A stretch of 56,278 nt of DNA from a virus (taxonomy: Duplodnaviria; Caudoviricetes), in the IMG/VR virus record IMGVR_UViG_3300008219_003867, positions 1 through 56,278 of that record. One strand, 5' to 3'. The notes beneath the pieces were generated by a model. It saw nothing but the letters and a program-made list of their open reading frames with translations. It searched no databases and had not been told where the DNA came from. The translations under genes were made by a program, and so were the position numbers. Below, piece after piece: positions 9,561 to 19,260 of this stretch. How positions within the stretch are numbered: the first letter of the stretch is position 1; each line of letters begins with the position of its first letter.

Positions 9561-10240
9561 ACTATAGAGACATAATTGTATTCGATTTCGAGACTGGCTC
9601 TCGCAATCCAGACAAGACACAGCCAGTTCAAATCGCCGCCGTAGCTATACACGGAAGAAAGCTAACTGTTCAACCAGAGGGATACTTTGAAAGTTTAATT
9701 CGTCCTATCTTAGACGACGAAGAAGCCATCGAAAAAGGGTTAGACCCAATAGAGGACGAGGCTCTCGCGGTAAACGGTAAAACAAGAAAAGAGCTAGCCA
9801 AAGCTCCCGCTGCTAGAACTGTTTGGAAAAAGTTTACCAACTTTGTCAACAGGTACAACTTTAAAGGCACTCCTTACTACGCACCGGTCGCCGCTGGATA
9901 CAACATAGTAGGATTCGACATGCCTATTGTTCAGCGAATGTGTGAAAAATATGGCCCGACTGACAAGAAAACAGGGAAGCAGACCCTGTTTAATAAAATC
10001 CACAGAGTTGATGTAATGGACAACGTTTGGATGTGGATGGAAAATAATGCCGATGTAAAATCTCTGAGCATGGATTCAATGCGTGATTTATTTGGAATAA
10101 GTAAAGAAAACGCCCATGATGCCCTGCAAGATGTCAAAGACACGGCAAATTTGATGATAGGCTTTATGAAGCTTCATAGACGTATTGCGCCAAAGATTAA
10201 ATTTGAAAAGGCTTTTGCAGATGGAAACCTCCACATTTGA
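9557..10240 (+). CDS. DEDDh 3'-5' exonuclease (DnaQ/epsilon-like)
   Basis: ExoI VFDFETG, ExoII AGYNIVGFD, ExoIII AHDALQD. Confidence 0.92.
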   Translation: MNYRDIIVFDFETGSRNPDKTQPVQIAAVAIHGRKLTVQPEGYFESLIRPILDDEEAIEKGLDPIEDEALAVNGKTRKELAKAPAARTVWKKFTNFVNRYNFKGTPYYAPVAAGYNIVGFDMPIVQRMCEKYGPTDKKTGKQTLFNKIHRVDVMDNVWMWMENNADVKSLSMDSMRDLFGISKENAHDALQDVKDTANLMIGFMKLHRRIAPKIKFEKAFADGNLHI

Positions 10241-11813
10241 TGTTCTCGATCTCGATTTTTACGACGAAAAAACTTGGGACTTAATATGCTCAGGAAAGAC
10301 GAAGGGTGTCTTTCAATTAGAAAGCAACCTTGGAAAGTCTTGGGCTAAACGTGTTAAACCTCGAAACATAGAAGAGCTTGCCGCTTTAGTTTCGATTATT
10401 AGACCGGGAACACTAAAGGCCATTCAGGATGGTAAGTCAATGACCCAAAGGTTTGTTGACCGAAAAAATCTTAAAGAAGAAATAACGTATCTTCACCCAT
10501 CCCTTGAGCCAATCTTAAAAGGAACCCAAGGGGTTCTCGTTTATCAAGAGCAGTCTATGAAAATTGCCCAGCAGCTTGCTGGTTTTGATCTTCAAGAAGC
10601 CGACAATCTTCGTAAAGCCATTGGTAAGAAAAAGGCAAACCTCATGGCTAAAGTAAAGAGGGCTTTCTTGCGGGGGGCTGTTAGTAAAGAAATACTTACA
10701 AAAGAAGAGGCCGAAGAAATCTTTAGCTGGATCGAAAAATCCAGTAGATACGCTTTCAATAAATCCCATGCTGTTTCTTATGCCATTTGTGCATATTGGA
10801 GCGCTTACGCTAAAACTCATTACCCTCTTGAGTTTTATTGCAACTACCTTCTTCATTCTTCTGGCAAGCCTGACCCACAACAAGAAGTAAAAGAGCTTGT
10901 TAATGATGCTAAAAATAGTGAAATTTACATAAGCCCTCCCTCAATACAGTCTATCAATGCTTTAACTGATATTATTGATCGCAAGATATATTTCGGTCTT
11001 CTTGACGTTAAGTCTGTAGGTATGAAGCAAATAGAAAAATTTAAAGATGAAATTAATGCCATAGAAAAACAAATAGGGAAAAAATTATCTGATTGGTCTT
11101 GGTATGAATTCCTTATATTGGTTTCTTCAAGGGTTAACTCAAGAATGCTTGTAGCATTAATATCAATTGGCTTTTTTGCCCACCTTCCAGAATCAAGAAA
11201 GCAAATGCTGGATGAATTTGATACTTGGGGAAGTCTAACAAAAAAAGAGCAAGAATGGGCTGTTAACAATTATAATAAGTATAAAGATCTTATAAGTTTA
11301 CTAAAAAAGATGTCGCCCACTAAAAAAGAGGGTGGCGCTGCTTTTAATACTAGAAGATCAGGAATAATATCCGATTTAGTAATTCACTGTGAAAATCCAT
11401 CACATTCAATGAAAGACGACCCAGAATGGGTCATAAGGACAGAAGAAAATTATCTTGGGGTTGCATTGACATACTCAAGGGTAGAAACCTACGACACAAA
11501 ACTCGCAAACACAACGATTAAAGAGTTTTTGAACGGTAAGAGAAACGGCGTTAAGATGGCCGTTACTATATCGGAAGTTAAAAAATATGTGACCAAAAAA
11601 GGAAAAATGAAGGGTGTCGAAATGGCATTTATGTGTGTTGAAGATCACACTGGTGCTTTGGATTCGATCACAGTTTTTTCGGAAAAGTGGAAAGAATATA
11701 AAAACATTTTATACGAAGGAAACAACGTAATATTAGTAGGCCAGAGTTCTAAAAGCAAACGATACCAAATAGACGACGGCATGATTGTAGACGACGTAAT
11801 AGAACTAAGTTGA
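10221..11813 (+). CDS. dnaE: DNA polymerase III alpha, C-terminal half (fingers, HhH, OB fold)
   Basis: GVFQLES, IIRPG, GVLVYQEQ, EADNLRKAIGKK, YAFNKSHAVSY, YAKTHYP, VKSVG HhH, MAFMCVEDHTG OB fold. Start set at ATG 10221. Confidence 0.95.
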   Translation: METSTFDVLDLDFYDEKTWDLICSGKTKGVFQLESNLGKSWAKRVKPRNIEELAALVSIIRPGTLKAIQDGKSMTQRFVDRKNLKEEITYLHPSLEPILKGTQGVLVYQEQSMKIAQQLAGFDLQEADNLRKAIGKKKANLMAKVKRAFLRGAVSKEILTKEEAEEIFSWIEKSSRYAFNKSHAVSYAICAYWSAYAKTHYPLEFYCNYLLHSSGKPDPQQEVKELVNDAKNSEIYISPPSIQSINALTDIIDRKIYFGLLDVKSVGMKQIEKFKDEINAIEKQIGKKLSDWSWYEFLILVSSRVNSRMLVALISIGFFAHLPESRKQMLDEFDTWGSLTKKEQEWAVNNYNKYKDLISLLKKMSPTKKEGGAAFNTRRSGIISDLVIHCENPSHSMKDDPEWVIRTEENYLGVALTYSRVETYDTKLANTTIKEFLNGKRNGVKMAVTISEVKKYVTKKGKMKGVEMAFMCVEDHTGALDSITVFSEKWKEYKNILYEGNNVILVGQSSKSKRYQIDDGMIVDDVIELS

Positions 11814-11838
11814 CAAAAACTTCAGGCTTGCATACCAT
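11810..11838 (+). promoter_or_regulatory. Sigma70-type promoter upstream of ssb
   Basis: Perfect TTGACA (11810-11815), 17-bp spacer, TACCAT (11833-11838) in one of the few intergenic gaps. Confidence 0.6.
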
Positions 11839-11877
11839 TCATTATCGGTTTTGAGTCTTATTGAAAAAAGGGAAAAA

Positions 11878-12237
11878 ATGGCTAACACTATTTCAAACTA
11901 TTGTCGTTTCATTGGAAGATTAACTGACACCCCAAAAATAGTAGACTTTGAGAACACGACTCTCTGCACGTTTACTTTGGCTGTTAGTGAGTACAGAAAA
12001 GAAAAAACAGGGGAAAAGAAAAAGAGTGTAAACTTTTTTGACTTTGAGGCGTGGGACTCAGGGGGAACAACAATATCAAAATATTGCCAAAAGGGGGATA
12101 TAATTGATTTAGTTGCCTCCGCAAGAAACAATTCTTGGACTGATAAAAATGGCAACAAAAGATTCTCAACAAAATTCAGGGTCAAAGAGTTCAAACTCTT
12201 CAACACCCAAGAAAGTCAAAAACAAGAAGCTAACTGA
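11878..12237 (+). CDS. ssb: Single-stranded DNA-binding protein
   Basis: IGRLTDTP, FTLAVS, FFDFEAW, YCQKGD, SWTDKNGNKR: bacterial-type SSB OB fold with a very short tail. Confidence 0.92.
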   Translation: MANTISNYCRFIGRLTDTPKIVDFENTTLCTFTLAVSEYRKEKTGEKKKSVNFFDFEAWDSGGTTISKYCQKGDIIDLVASARNNSWTDKNGNKRFSTKFRVKEFKLFNTQESQKQEAN

Positions 12238-12712
12238 TAATAAATCAGAGACACAAGAAGAGCTTGAAGAAAAGCTGATCCATGAAAACTATGGGTTGGT
12301 TGTTTCTCAAGCTCTTTGTTTTTTGGATGACAATAATTTTGAGGATTACATTCAGGCCGGTTTGATTGGCCTCCTCAAGGCCATTAGAACTTATGACGAA
12401 AACAAAGCTAAGTTCAGCACGTTTGCAAGTGTTTGTATAAGAAACGCAATTTCTACCCTGAACAAAAAAGTGAAAAAGCTTGGAAGCCAAAACCTTAGAG
12501 GCGTGCTAGAGCATGATAAAATTTATAATAGCAAAGAAAACATAGAGCATTATCTTCCAGATTTCTTGTCAGAAGAACACAAGTTTATAATAAAGCTTAA
12601 AATTCAGGGATATACAAATGCTGAAATAGGAAGTTTTATGTCATGTACAAAAAAAGATATAAAATGTAAAATAGAGATAATCATTAAACTGCTACAAGAA
12701 TATAACACATGA
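12149..12712 (+). CDS. RNA polymerase sigma-70 family factor (region 2 + region 4 only)
   Basis: ENYGLVVSQA...EDYIQAGLIGLLKAIRTYD...KFSTFASVCIRNAI (region 2); LSEEHKFII...GYTNAEIG HTH (region 4). Start uncertain. Confidence 0.88.
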   Translation: MATKDSQQNSGSKSSNSSTPKKVKNKKLTDNKSETQEELEEKLIHENYGLVVSQALCFLDDNNFEDYIQAGLIGLLKAIRTYDENKAKFSTFASVCIRNAISTLNKKVKKLGSQNLRGVLEHDKIYNSKENIEHYLPDFLSEEHKFIIKLKIQGYTNAEIGSFMSCTKKDIKCKIEIIIKLLQEYNT

Positions 12713-14337
12713 GAAAAAAAAGAATACTTTTCTGCGGCGAAGCCACCTATTTGAATACTGGCTATGCTACATACATGCGTGAAGTAATGACTCGCCTGCA
12801 CGCTACAAATAAATATGAATTAGCAGAATTTGCTAGCTATGGAGATCATCAAGATCAAAGAATGTCTTCCGTACCTTGGACGTTCTATGGAAACATGCCA
12901 ACGACAGATGAAGAAAAAGAAAAGTATGAGTCTTTGCCAACAAATCAATTTGGCGAATATAAATTTGAATCTGTGTTGCTAAATTTTCTACCAGACATAG
13001 TTTGTGACATACGTGATTTTTGGATGTTTGAATACCAAGAGCGATCCCCCTTTAGGCCATATTTCCATTGGGTTATTATGCCAACCGTTGATGCAGCCCC
13101 ACAAAACGAACAATGGCTAGCTACATTTGCAAACGCTGACGGCGTATTTAACTACTCAGACTGGGGCCATGACATTCTAATGAATGAATCTAACGGCGTT
13201 ATAAAATGTCTAGGTAGCGCAGCCCCATCAGCCGACGCAGCTTACCAACCGGTTTCAGATAAGAAGCTACACAAGAAGAGTATGGGGTTTGATCCTAACA
13301 CAAAATTTGTTGGGACTGTAATGAGAAACCAAAGGAGAAAGCTCTTTCCAGACTTGTTTGAATCCTTCAGGATGTTTTTGGACAAAAGCAAAAGAAACGA
13401 TGTCTTGTTATATTGCCATACTAGCTATCCTGATTTGGGATGGGATATACCCAAGCTTCTCAATCGTTACAAACTTTCAAGCAAGGTTGTATTCACATAT
13501 GTGTGCAATGAATGCAAGAGTGCTTTTCCGTCTTTCTTTTCTGACGCAAGAAGAAAATGCCCAGAGTGTGGTAATTTTTCCGCTGGGCTGTCAAGCGTCC
13601 AAAAGGGTGTGTCCTATGAATATCTATCAAGAATAATGAATTTGTTTGATCTATATATACAATATGCAAACAGCGAAGGGTTTGGCTTACCACAAGTAGA
13701 AGCTGCCGCCTGCGGGGTTACTGTTGCTAGTGTTGACTATTCTGCAATGAGCAGCGTTATCAGAAAACTAGAAGGATACCCGATAAAAGTAAAAGCCCTA
13801 TACAACGAACTTGAAACAGGGTGCGACAGGGCTGTCCCAGATAACAGGTCTGCTGCTAATATAATGCACAGATTTTTTAAGCTAACCGAAGAAAAGCAAA
13901 ATAGTCTTGGGAAAAGATCTAGAAAAAACTTTGAGAAATATTACCAGTGGGACGACGCTGCAAAAAAATGGGGGGACTATTTTGATTCAATAGAATTAAG
14001 GCCAATTGGAGAAACTTGGAAGTCTCCCCCAAGAATTCACCAGCCAGCTAAAAAGGCTTCTGCTGGTTTATCCTCTTCGGAGTATGCTAGGTGGTTAATA
14101 ACAGAGGTTCTTGGAGAGCCAGAAAAACTAAATACTTATTTTGAATCAAGACTCATTAGGGACTTGAATTATGGGATGTATGTCGAAGGTACTGGCGAAT
14201 CGTACCTAAACGAAGATTCTTACAAATTCGTTAAGCCGGTGTTTGAGCCGTTTGGTGAAAATGAGTCGTATAATATGATGTTTAATCTATGTAATAGAAG
14301 AAACACATGGGAGTCAATTAGAAGGGACAGAGTATGA
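12709..14337 (+). CDS. GT-B (GT4-like) glycosyltransferase with inserted Zn ribbon
   Basis: TGY acceptor loop, RNQRRK, EGFGLPQVEAAACG (Ex7E); CNEC...CPEC insertion. Confidence 0.88.
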   Translation: MRKKRILFCGEATYLNTGYATYMREVMTRLHATNKYELAEFASYGDHQDQRMSSVPWTFYGNMPTTDEEKEKYESLPTNQFGEYKFESVLLNFLPDIVCDIRDFWMFEYQERSPFRPYFHWVIMPTVDAAPQNEQWLATFANADGVFNYSDWGHDILMNESNGVIKCLGSAAPSADAAYQPVSDKKLHKKSMGFDPNTKFVGTVMRNQRRKLFPDLFESFRMFLDKSKRNDVLLYCHTSYPDLGWDIPKLLNRYKLSSKVVFTYVCNECKSAFPSFFSDARRKCPECGNFSAGLSSVQKGVSYEYLSRIMNLFDLYIQYANSEGFGLPQVEAAACGVTVASVDYSAMSSVIRKLEGYPIKVKALYNELETGCDRAVPDNRSAANIMHRFFKLTEEKQNSLGKRSRKNFEKYYQWDDAAKKWGDYFDSIELRPIGETWKSPPRIHQPAKKASAGLSSSEYARWLITEVLGEPEKLNTYFESRLIRDLNYGMYVEGTGESYLNEDSYKFVKPVFEPFGENESYNMMFNLCNRRNTWESIRRDRV

Positions 14338-15452
14338 AAGTCCTTTACGTGGGTTGTTACAGAGATGGTACAGGGTGGGGACAAGCCGCTACAGACTACA
14401 TACTAGCTATGGATTCAGTTGGTATTAATGTTGTTCCCCGTCCAGTAAAATTAAATCAAACACAAATTACCATCCCTAAACGAATTGCCGAACTGGAAGA
14501 GAAGAGCGGTTCAGGAGCATCTGTTTGTATACAGCATGTTTTGCCCCACATGATGGAATACAGTTCTAAGTTCGACAAGAATATAGGACTTTATGCTACG
14601 GAGACTAGTAATTTTATCGACTCTGGCTGGTCTAGAAAAATCAATATGATGGACGAAGCTTGGGTTATTAACAATCAAATGTTTCACGCCTCAAGAGAAA
14701 GCGGAGTAGAAGTTCCAATTAAAGTCGTTCCACATGCTTCCGATTTTTCAAAATTTGAAAGAGGGTATGACAAAACAAATTTTCCAAGCGCAGCGGGCAA
14801 CTTCGTTTTTTATACCATCGCAGATCTAAACAAAAGAAAAAACCTAGAAGCCTTCATAACAGCATTTCACGCTGAGTTTGACCCATCTGAACCAGTATCC
14901 ATACTAATTAAATCATCTAGGTATGGACTATCAGAAGAAGAGACAGCGTTAAAGATAAGAGATATTTGTAATGAGATTAAAATTGGGCTAAAGAAATTCC
15001 CCAGTATAAATGATTATAAAGAAGACCTTATAGTAACAAGCTTTATTAGTGAAGAGGACATATACAAGATTCACAACAGTTGCGACTGTTTTGTTATGCC
15101 AAGCTATGGGGAGGCTTGGTGTATACCGGCTTTTGATGCTATGGGATTTGGCAAAACTCCGATTTGCACCAACGTCGGGGGAATGGCCGATTTTATTGGC
15201 CACGGGGGATTTTTAATCGAGGGCGCAGAGGAACCAGTGTCTGGCATGCTGGAAACGTTTAACAATCTTTTTACTGGAAATGAACTTTGGACTTCCATCA
15301 ATATAAGAGAATTGATGAGTTGCATGAGACACGTTTACGAAAAGCGAGACGCATTGAATAAAATGCGACAAGAGGGACTCAAACAAGCCCACAAATACTC
15401 GCATAAGAACATTGGTAACTTAATAAAGGATCTGTTAAATGCCAATAGTTAG
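14334..15452 (+). CDS. GT-B (GT4-like) glycosyltransferase
   Basis: TGWG, KRKN, DCFVMPSYGEAWCIPAFDAMGFG. Confidence 0.88.
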   Translation: MKVLYVGCYRDGTGWGQAATDYILAMDSVGINVVPRPVKLNQTQITIPKRIAELEEKSGSGASVCIQHVLPHMMEYSSKFDKNIGLYATETSNFIDSGWSRKINMMDEAWVINNQMFHASRESGVEVPIKVVPHASDFSKFERGYDKTNFPSAAGNFVFYTIADLNKRKNLEAFITAFHAEFDPSEPVSILIKSSRYGLSEEETALKIRDICNEIKIGLKKFPSINDYKEDLIVTSFISEEDIYKIHNSCDCFVMPSYGEAWCIPAFDAMGFGKTPICTNVGGMADFIGHGGFLIEGAEEPVSGMLETFNNLFTGNELWTSINIRELMSCMRHVYEKRDALNKMRQEGLKQAHKYSHKNIGNLIKDLLNANS

Positions 15453-16458
15453 CCCCCTATCTTATATTATTAGAGCCGCCACTAGGAAGCCAACTGAGAA
15501 GTTAAATATTCTTACTTTCCCAACGCATGAGCGTTATGAAAGCATGCTGGCTAAAACTGGTCATAATTTCTATGCGTATAGGGCCGAGGGCATCAAGGAT
15601 TGGAATGAAACCTACGCCAAGCTTCCAGACAACTACCACCTTCTTGACCCAGAACTTGAGAGCAATCAAATTCCAGAATATATAGACTTTGATCTAGTTC
15701 TTTCCCAAAACAAGTTTGGTCAATTCCAAAAAGCCGTAGAGTTATCAAGCGTTTTACACCTGCCATTGGTCAGTTTAGAACACACTCTTCCAATGCCCCA
15801 ATGGGGCGAAGGCATGCTTGATCAACTTAGAAACATGAGAGGGCATGTAAACCTTTTTATATCCCAATACAGTATTAATGCTTGGGGGTGGGAAAGCAAA
15901 AACGACACCAAAGTAATTACCCACGGAATCGACACCGATTTGTTTTGCCCCAAAGAAGGAGAAAAAAGTGACGAGATTTTGTCCGTTGTCAACGATTGGA
16001 TAAACAGAGATTGGTGTTGTGGTTTTAGTATTTGGCAAAGGATAATCAACAATCTACCACATAAGGTTGTGGGAGATACTCCGGGGTTATCAAAACCAGC
16101 ACCCTCAACCGAAGAACTTGTGTCAAATTACCAAAACAGCAGGATATTTTTGAATACATCAACGATATCTCCCGTTCCAACGGCTTTAATGGAGGCTATG
16201 TCTTGCGGATGTGCCGTGGTTTCAACAGAAACCTGCATGATTCCAGAAGTTATAGAAAACGGAGTTAATGGCTTCATAACAAACGACGAAAAGCAAATGG
16301 AACAACATCTTGTTGACCTGTTAAACGATGAGGATATGGCAAAAGAAATCGGAGACAACGCAAGGAAGACAATAGTAAACAGATACTCAGCGGAAAAATT
16401 TGTAGATAAATGGCAACACATACTTTACACAGCATCAAATATAGTTTTTAAGGGATGA
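15439..16458 (+). CDS. GT-B (GT4-like) glycosyltransferase
   Basis: HGIDTDLF, PTALMEAMSCGCAVVST, EVIENGVNGFI, IGDNARKTI. Confidence 0.88.
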   Translation: MPIVSPLSYIIRAATRKPTEKLNILTFPTHERYESMLAKTGHNFYAYRAEGIKDWNETYAKLPDNYHLLDPELESNQIPEYIDFDLVLSQNKFGQFQKAVELSSVLHLPLVSLEHTLPMPQWGEGMLDQLRNMRGHVNLFISQYSINAWGWESKNDTKVITHGIDTDLFCPKEGEKSDEILSVVNDWINRDWCCGFSIWQRIINNLPHKVVGDTPGLSKPAPSTEELVSNYQNSRIFLNTSTISPVPTALMEAMSCGCAVVSTETCMIPEVIENGVNGFITNDEKQMEQHLVDLLNDEDMAKEIGDNARKTIVNRYSAEKFVDKWQHILYTASNIVFKG

Positions 16459-16459
16459 C

Positions 16460-16924
16460 ATGAAGATTAGAATTACCGTTGGAGAAAAAGATAAGCTGAA
16501 TGGCTATGTCAATATAGATCCAATTACAAAGTTTGACGATCTATCTGTAGATGTTAGAGATATAAGCGAAGTAGTTTCAGATTCAGAATGTGTCGAACTT
16601 ATATCTGAAGATGTAATAGACTACCTTGAAAAAGAGCAGTCCATTCAAGCGTTGTCCGGGTGGATTAAAAAAATAAGGCACGGTGGCAAAATTATTGTAA
16701 CATCAGTAGACGCTTACGGGGTCGCAAAGTCTTTTTATAGAAAAGAAATAGACATAGCAACCTTTAACAAAATTATACATGGAAATTTTTTATCGTCTTG
16801 GGATGTTCGCCTTAGTCACACAACCATAGAAGAATTGTGTGAACTATTTGAAAGCAAGGGTCTGAAAATTACCAAAAAGCGCATCAACGGAATTAAACTA
16901 ATAGTAGAAGCTGAGAGATCCTAA
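16460..16924 (+). CDS. Degenerate class I SAM-dependent methyltransferase-like protein
   Basis: GYVNID...DVIDYL...WIKKIRHGGKIIV follows the small Methyltransf_11-type layout, but the GxG motif reads TVGE. Confidence 0.55.
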   Translation: MKIRITVGEKDKLNGYVNIDPITKFDDLSVDVRDISEVVSDSECVELISEDVIDYLEKEQSIQALSGWIKKIRHGGKIIVTSVDAYGVAKSFYRKEIDIATFNKIIHGNFLSSWDVRLSHTTIEELCELFESKGLKITKKRINGIKLIVEAERS

Positions 16925-17778
16925 TGAACGACCCTAATAAAATTAATGAGTGGGATGAGTCCACAATGAAAATAAACCAAGAGGGGCTATCTTCATTACC
17001 CGAACAGAAGTCGTTGTTAACTTCTTGCAAGGACTGCTGCTTTGCAGTAAAGAAGGGAAAAACTCAAACTGATTGTTTGCTTGGTAGGATTGATAAGTTC
17101 GAGGCGCAAAATATTGAAGTTGTCGGGGCAAAAGACGAAGAAGATAACAAATTTCTTATTTTAAAGGCTTGGTGTTCTGCTTATAGAAACGATATTTGGA
17201 AAACGGCACACAAAGACGAAGATTTAAAAGAAGCTCTGAATAACGAAATATACCCAAAGGTTAACTTTTTGATATTGGCCAAGGATGGTCTAAACGAAAT
17301 TGAAGTAACAGTTAATTCGATTTTGAACCAAGAAAAGTTCAAGGCTAAACAAATTATAATAGTCACTTGTGATGACGATATTTATTTTGAAGCCATACAA
17401 AAGTCAAGATCCCTCTTGGAAGATTCTGGCCTGCTCTTTAAAGTTCAGGGGGTAAGAGGCGACATACCCAACCTTGCTATTATAGATGAGGTTTTTGCGA
17501 ATTTTCATAATGGATTTTATAGCATTTTTGAATGTGGAAAAGAAGTGCCAAAAGATTTAATTTCTGTATTACATTCAGCCCTAAATGACAACCTTGAAAA
17601 GGTTGGTTATATAAAACCCTACGATGGAATTAATGGAATGACGGCTCAATGTGTTTTACATAAATTTTTATACGGAAACAAAGACATCACGCTAGAAGAA
17701 AAACTTATAGATGGCGAGGAAATGGACAAAACAGGTAAAGAAAACTCTCTTGTAAGAACATGGGATGAATTAAGATGA
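16924..17778 (+). CDS. Cys-cluster domain fused to a degenerate GT2-like domain
   Basis: CKDCC...C...C N-terminus; PKVNFLILAK...TVNSILNQ...QIIIV resembles a GT2 start; no clear DxD at the usual position. Confidence 0.5.
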   Translation: MNDPNKINEWDESTMKINQEGLSSLPEQKSLLTSCKDCCFAVKKGKTQTDCLLGRIDKFEAQNIEVVGAKDEEDNKFLILKAWCSAYRNDIWKTAHKDEDLKEALNNEIYPKVNFLILAKDGLNEIEVTVNSILNQEKFKAKQIIIVTCDDDIYFEAIQKSRSLLEDSGLLFKVQGVRGDIPNLAIIDEVFANFHNGFYSIFECGKEVPKDLISVLHSALNDNLEKVGYIKPYDGINGMTAQCVLHKFLYGNKDITLEEKLIDGEEMDKTGKENSLVRTWDELR

Positions 17779-18560
17779 AACTTCCTTTGGTTACTATATT
17801 AATAGCAAACTATAACGACGAAGAGTATTTGGACAGGGCAATAGAAAGCGCTGTAAATCAAGACTACCCCGGCCCGTTACAGATTTGCATTGTAGATGAT
17901 GGTTCTACTGATGGCTCTTGGGATGTTATTGTTCCCTACATAAACCACCCAGCCAAGGACGCCCATTCACATTTAGATGTAACGTTTTCCAGAGTTCTTG
18001 CTGGTAGGTTTGGAAACACTAAAGTAATAGCAATAAAAAATGAAAATAGCGGCCCAAGCCAAGCCAGAAACATTGGTATAGAATACACACTAAACGATAC
18101 TGATATTTATGCCATCTTAGATTCCGATGACGAAATGTATGAAAATAAAATATCGGAGTGTGTTCCGGTTTTTGAAAAAGGCGATGGGATGATCGGCGTT
18201 GTTTATGCCGACTACGATACTTTTCACACAAGCACCAAGAAAAGCATTAGAGAATACAAAGAACCGTTTAATAAAAAGCGACTAGTTCGTGAATGTATTG
18301 TTCATAGCGGATCTTTGATATCCAAGGAGGCTCTAGAAGCCGCCTACGAAGATACAGGATACTATGACAAAACAATGCGCACATGCGAAGACTATGACCT
18401 TTGGATGCGAATAAGTGAAAAATTTATTATAGCCCACGTTCCAAAATCATTAACAATGGTTAGGGTTACAGGAGATAACTCCTCTTTTATTGTCAACCAA
18501 GAAATTTGGCAAAAAAACTGGGCAAGGGTTATGCAAAAAGCGCAGGAAAGATATGCCTAA
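17775..18560 (+). CDS. GT2 family glycosyltransferase
   Basis: VTILIANYN, IVDDGSTDGS, NSGPSQARNIG, ILDSDD, CEDYDLWMR. Confidence 0.95.
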   Translation: MKLPLVTILIANYNDEEYLDRAIESAVNQDYPGPLQICIVDDGSTDGSWDVIVPYINHPAKDAHSHLDVTFSRVLAGRFGNTKVIAIKNENSGPSQARNIGIEYTLNDTDIYAILDSDDEMYENKISECVPVFEKGDGMIGVVYADYDTFHTSTKKSIREYKEPFNKKRLVRECIVHSGSLISKEALEAAYEDTGYYDKTMRTCEDYDLWMRISEKFIIAHVPKSLTMVRVTGDNSSFIVNQEIWQKNWARVMQKAQERYA

Positions 18561-19260
18561 TAGGTTTACATCAGCAATTAAAAAAGAGGGTGCTGGAACA
18601 AGTCCTGATAACCCGCTAACAGTGATAATACCTGCGGCTGGAATCGGGCATAGGATGAAATCATATGGCCCAAAATGTTTGCTTAAGGCCAACCAAAAAG
18701 AAACAATATTACAAAAGGCAATATCCAACATAAAAAGAGAATATCCGCATTCTGATATTATTGTAATAGTTGGCTTTGAGTCTGACAAGGTAATGAAAAC
18801 CCTACCACATAACGTAAGAGTTATAGAAAATACCAAATACGAAGAAACAAACATAGTAGAAAGCATAAGGATCGGAATAAACGCATCGGCCAACAAAAAG
18901 CTGTTAATAATATATGGAGACTTGGTTTTTAATGTTTATTCAATAAGGAATCTAACATCAAGTGGATCATGCGTAGTAGTAGATTCCCAGTCTAGATTTA
19001 AAGATGAAGAGATTGGAGTCACTATTGTTAATGGCGACGTTACAAATTTTGCCTATGGACTTACAAGCAAATGGTGTCAAATAGCATATTTTGAAGACGC
19101 CCCTTTTGACGCATTAAAAGACCTATGTTCAGACAGAAGACGTAATAAACTGTATCCTTTTGAATTGTTTAACATCATTATTAATAGTGGAATTTCTATA
19201 AAAGCAAAAGAGCCAAAAGGGATGTTAATAAGAGAAGTAGATTCACTAAGGGATTTATAA
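18553..19260 (+). CDS. Nucleotidyltransferase (NTP_transferase, LicC/sugar-phosphate type)
   Basis: IIPAAGIGHRMKSYGPKCLL, IIYGDLVF, EVDS. Start set at ATG 18553. Confidence 0.85.
   Translation: MPNRFTSAIKKEGAGTSPDNPLTVIIPAAGIGHRMKSYGPKCLLKANQKETILQKAISNIKREYPHSDIIVIVGFESDKVMKTLPHNVRVIENTKYEETNIVESIRIGINASANKKLLIIYGDLVFNVYSIRNLTSSGSCVVVDSQSRFKDEEIGVTIVNGDVTNFAYGLTSKWCQIAYFEDAPFDALKDLCSDRRRNKLYPFELFNIIINSGISIKAKEPKGMLIREVDSLRDL

Noticed and set aside
9344-10220. Intron or split intein explaining the dnaE break
   Set aside because: The gap is fully occupied by overlapping ORFs with no room for a structured intron core, and neither half shows intein termini (N-terminal Cys/Ser block or C-terminal His-Asn).
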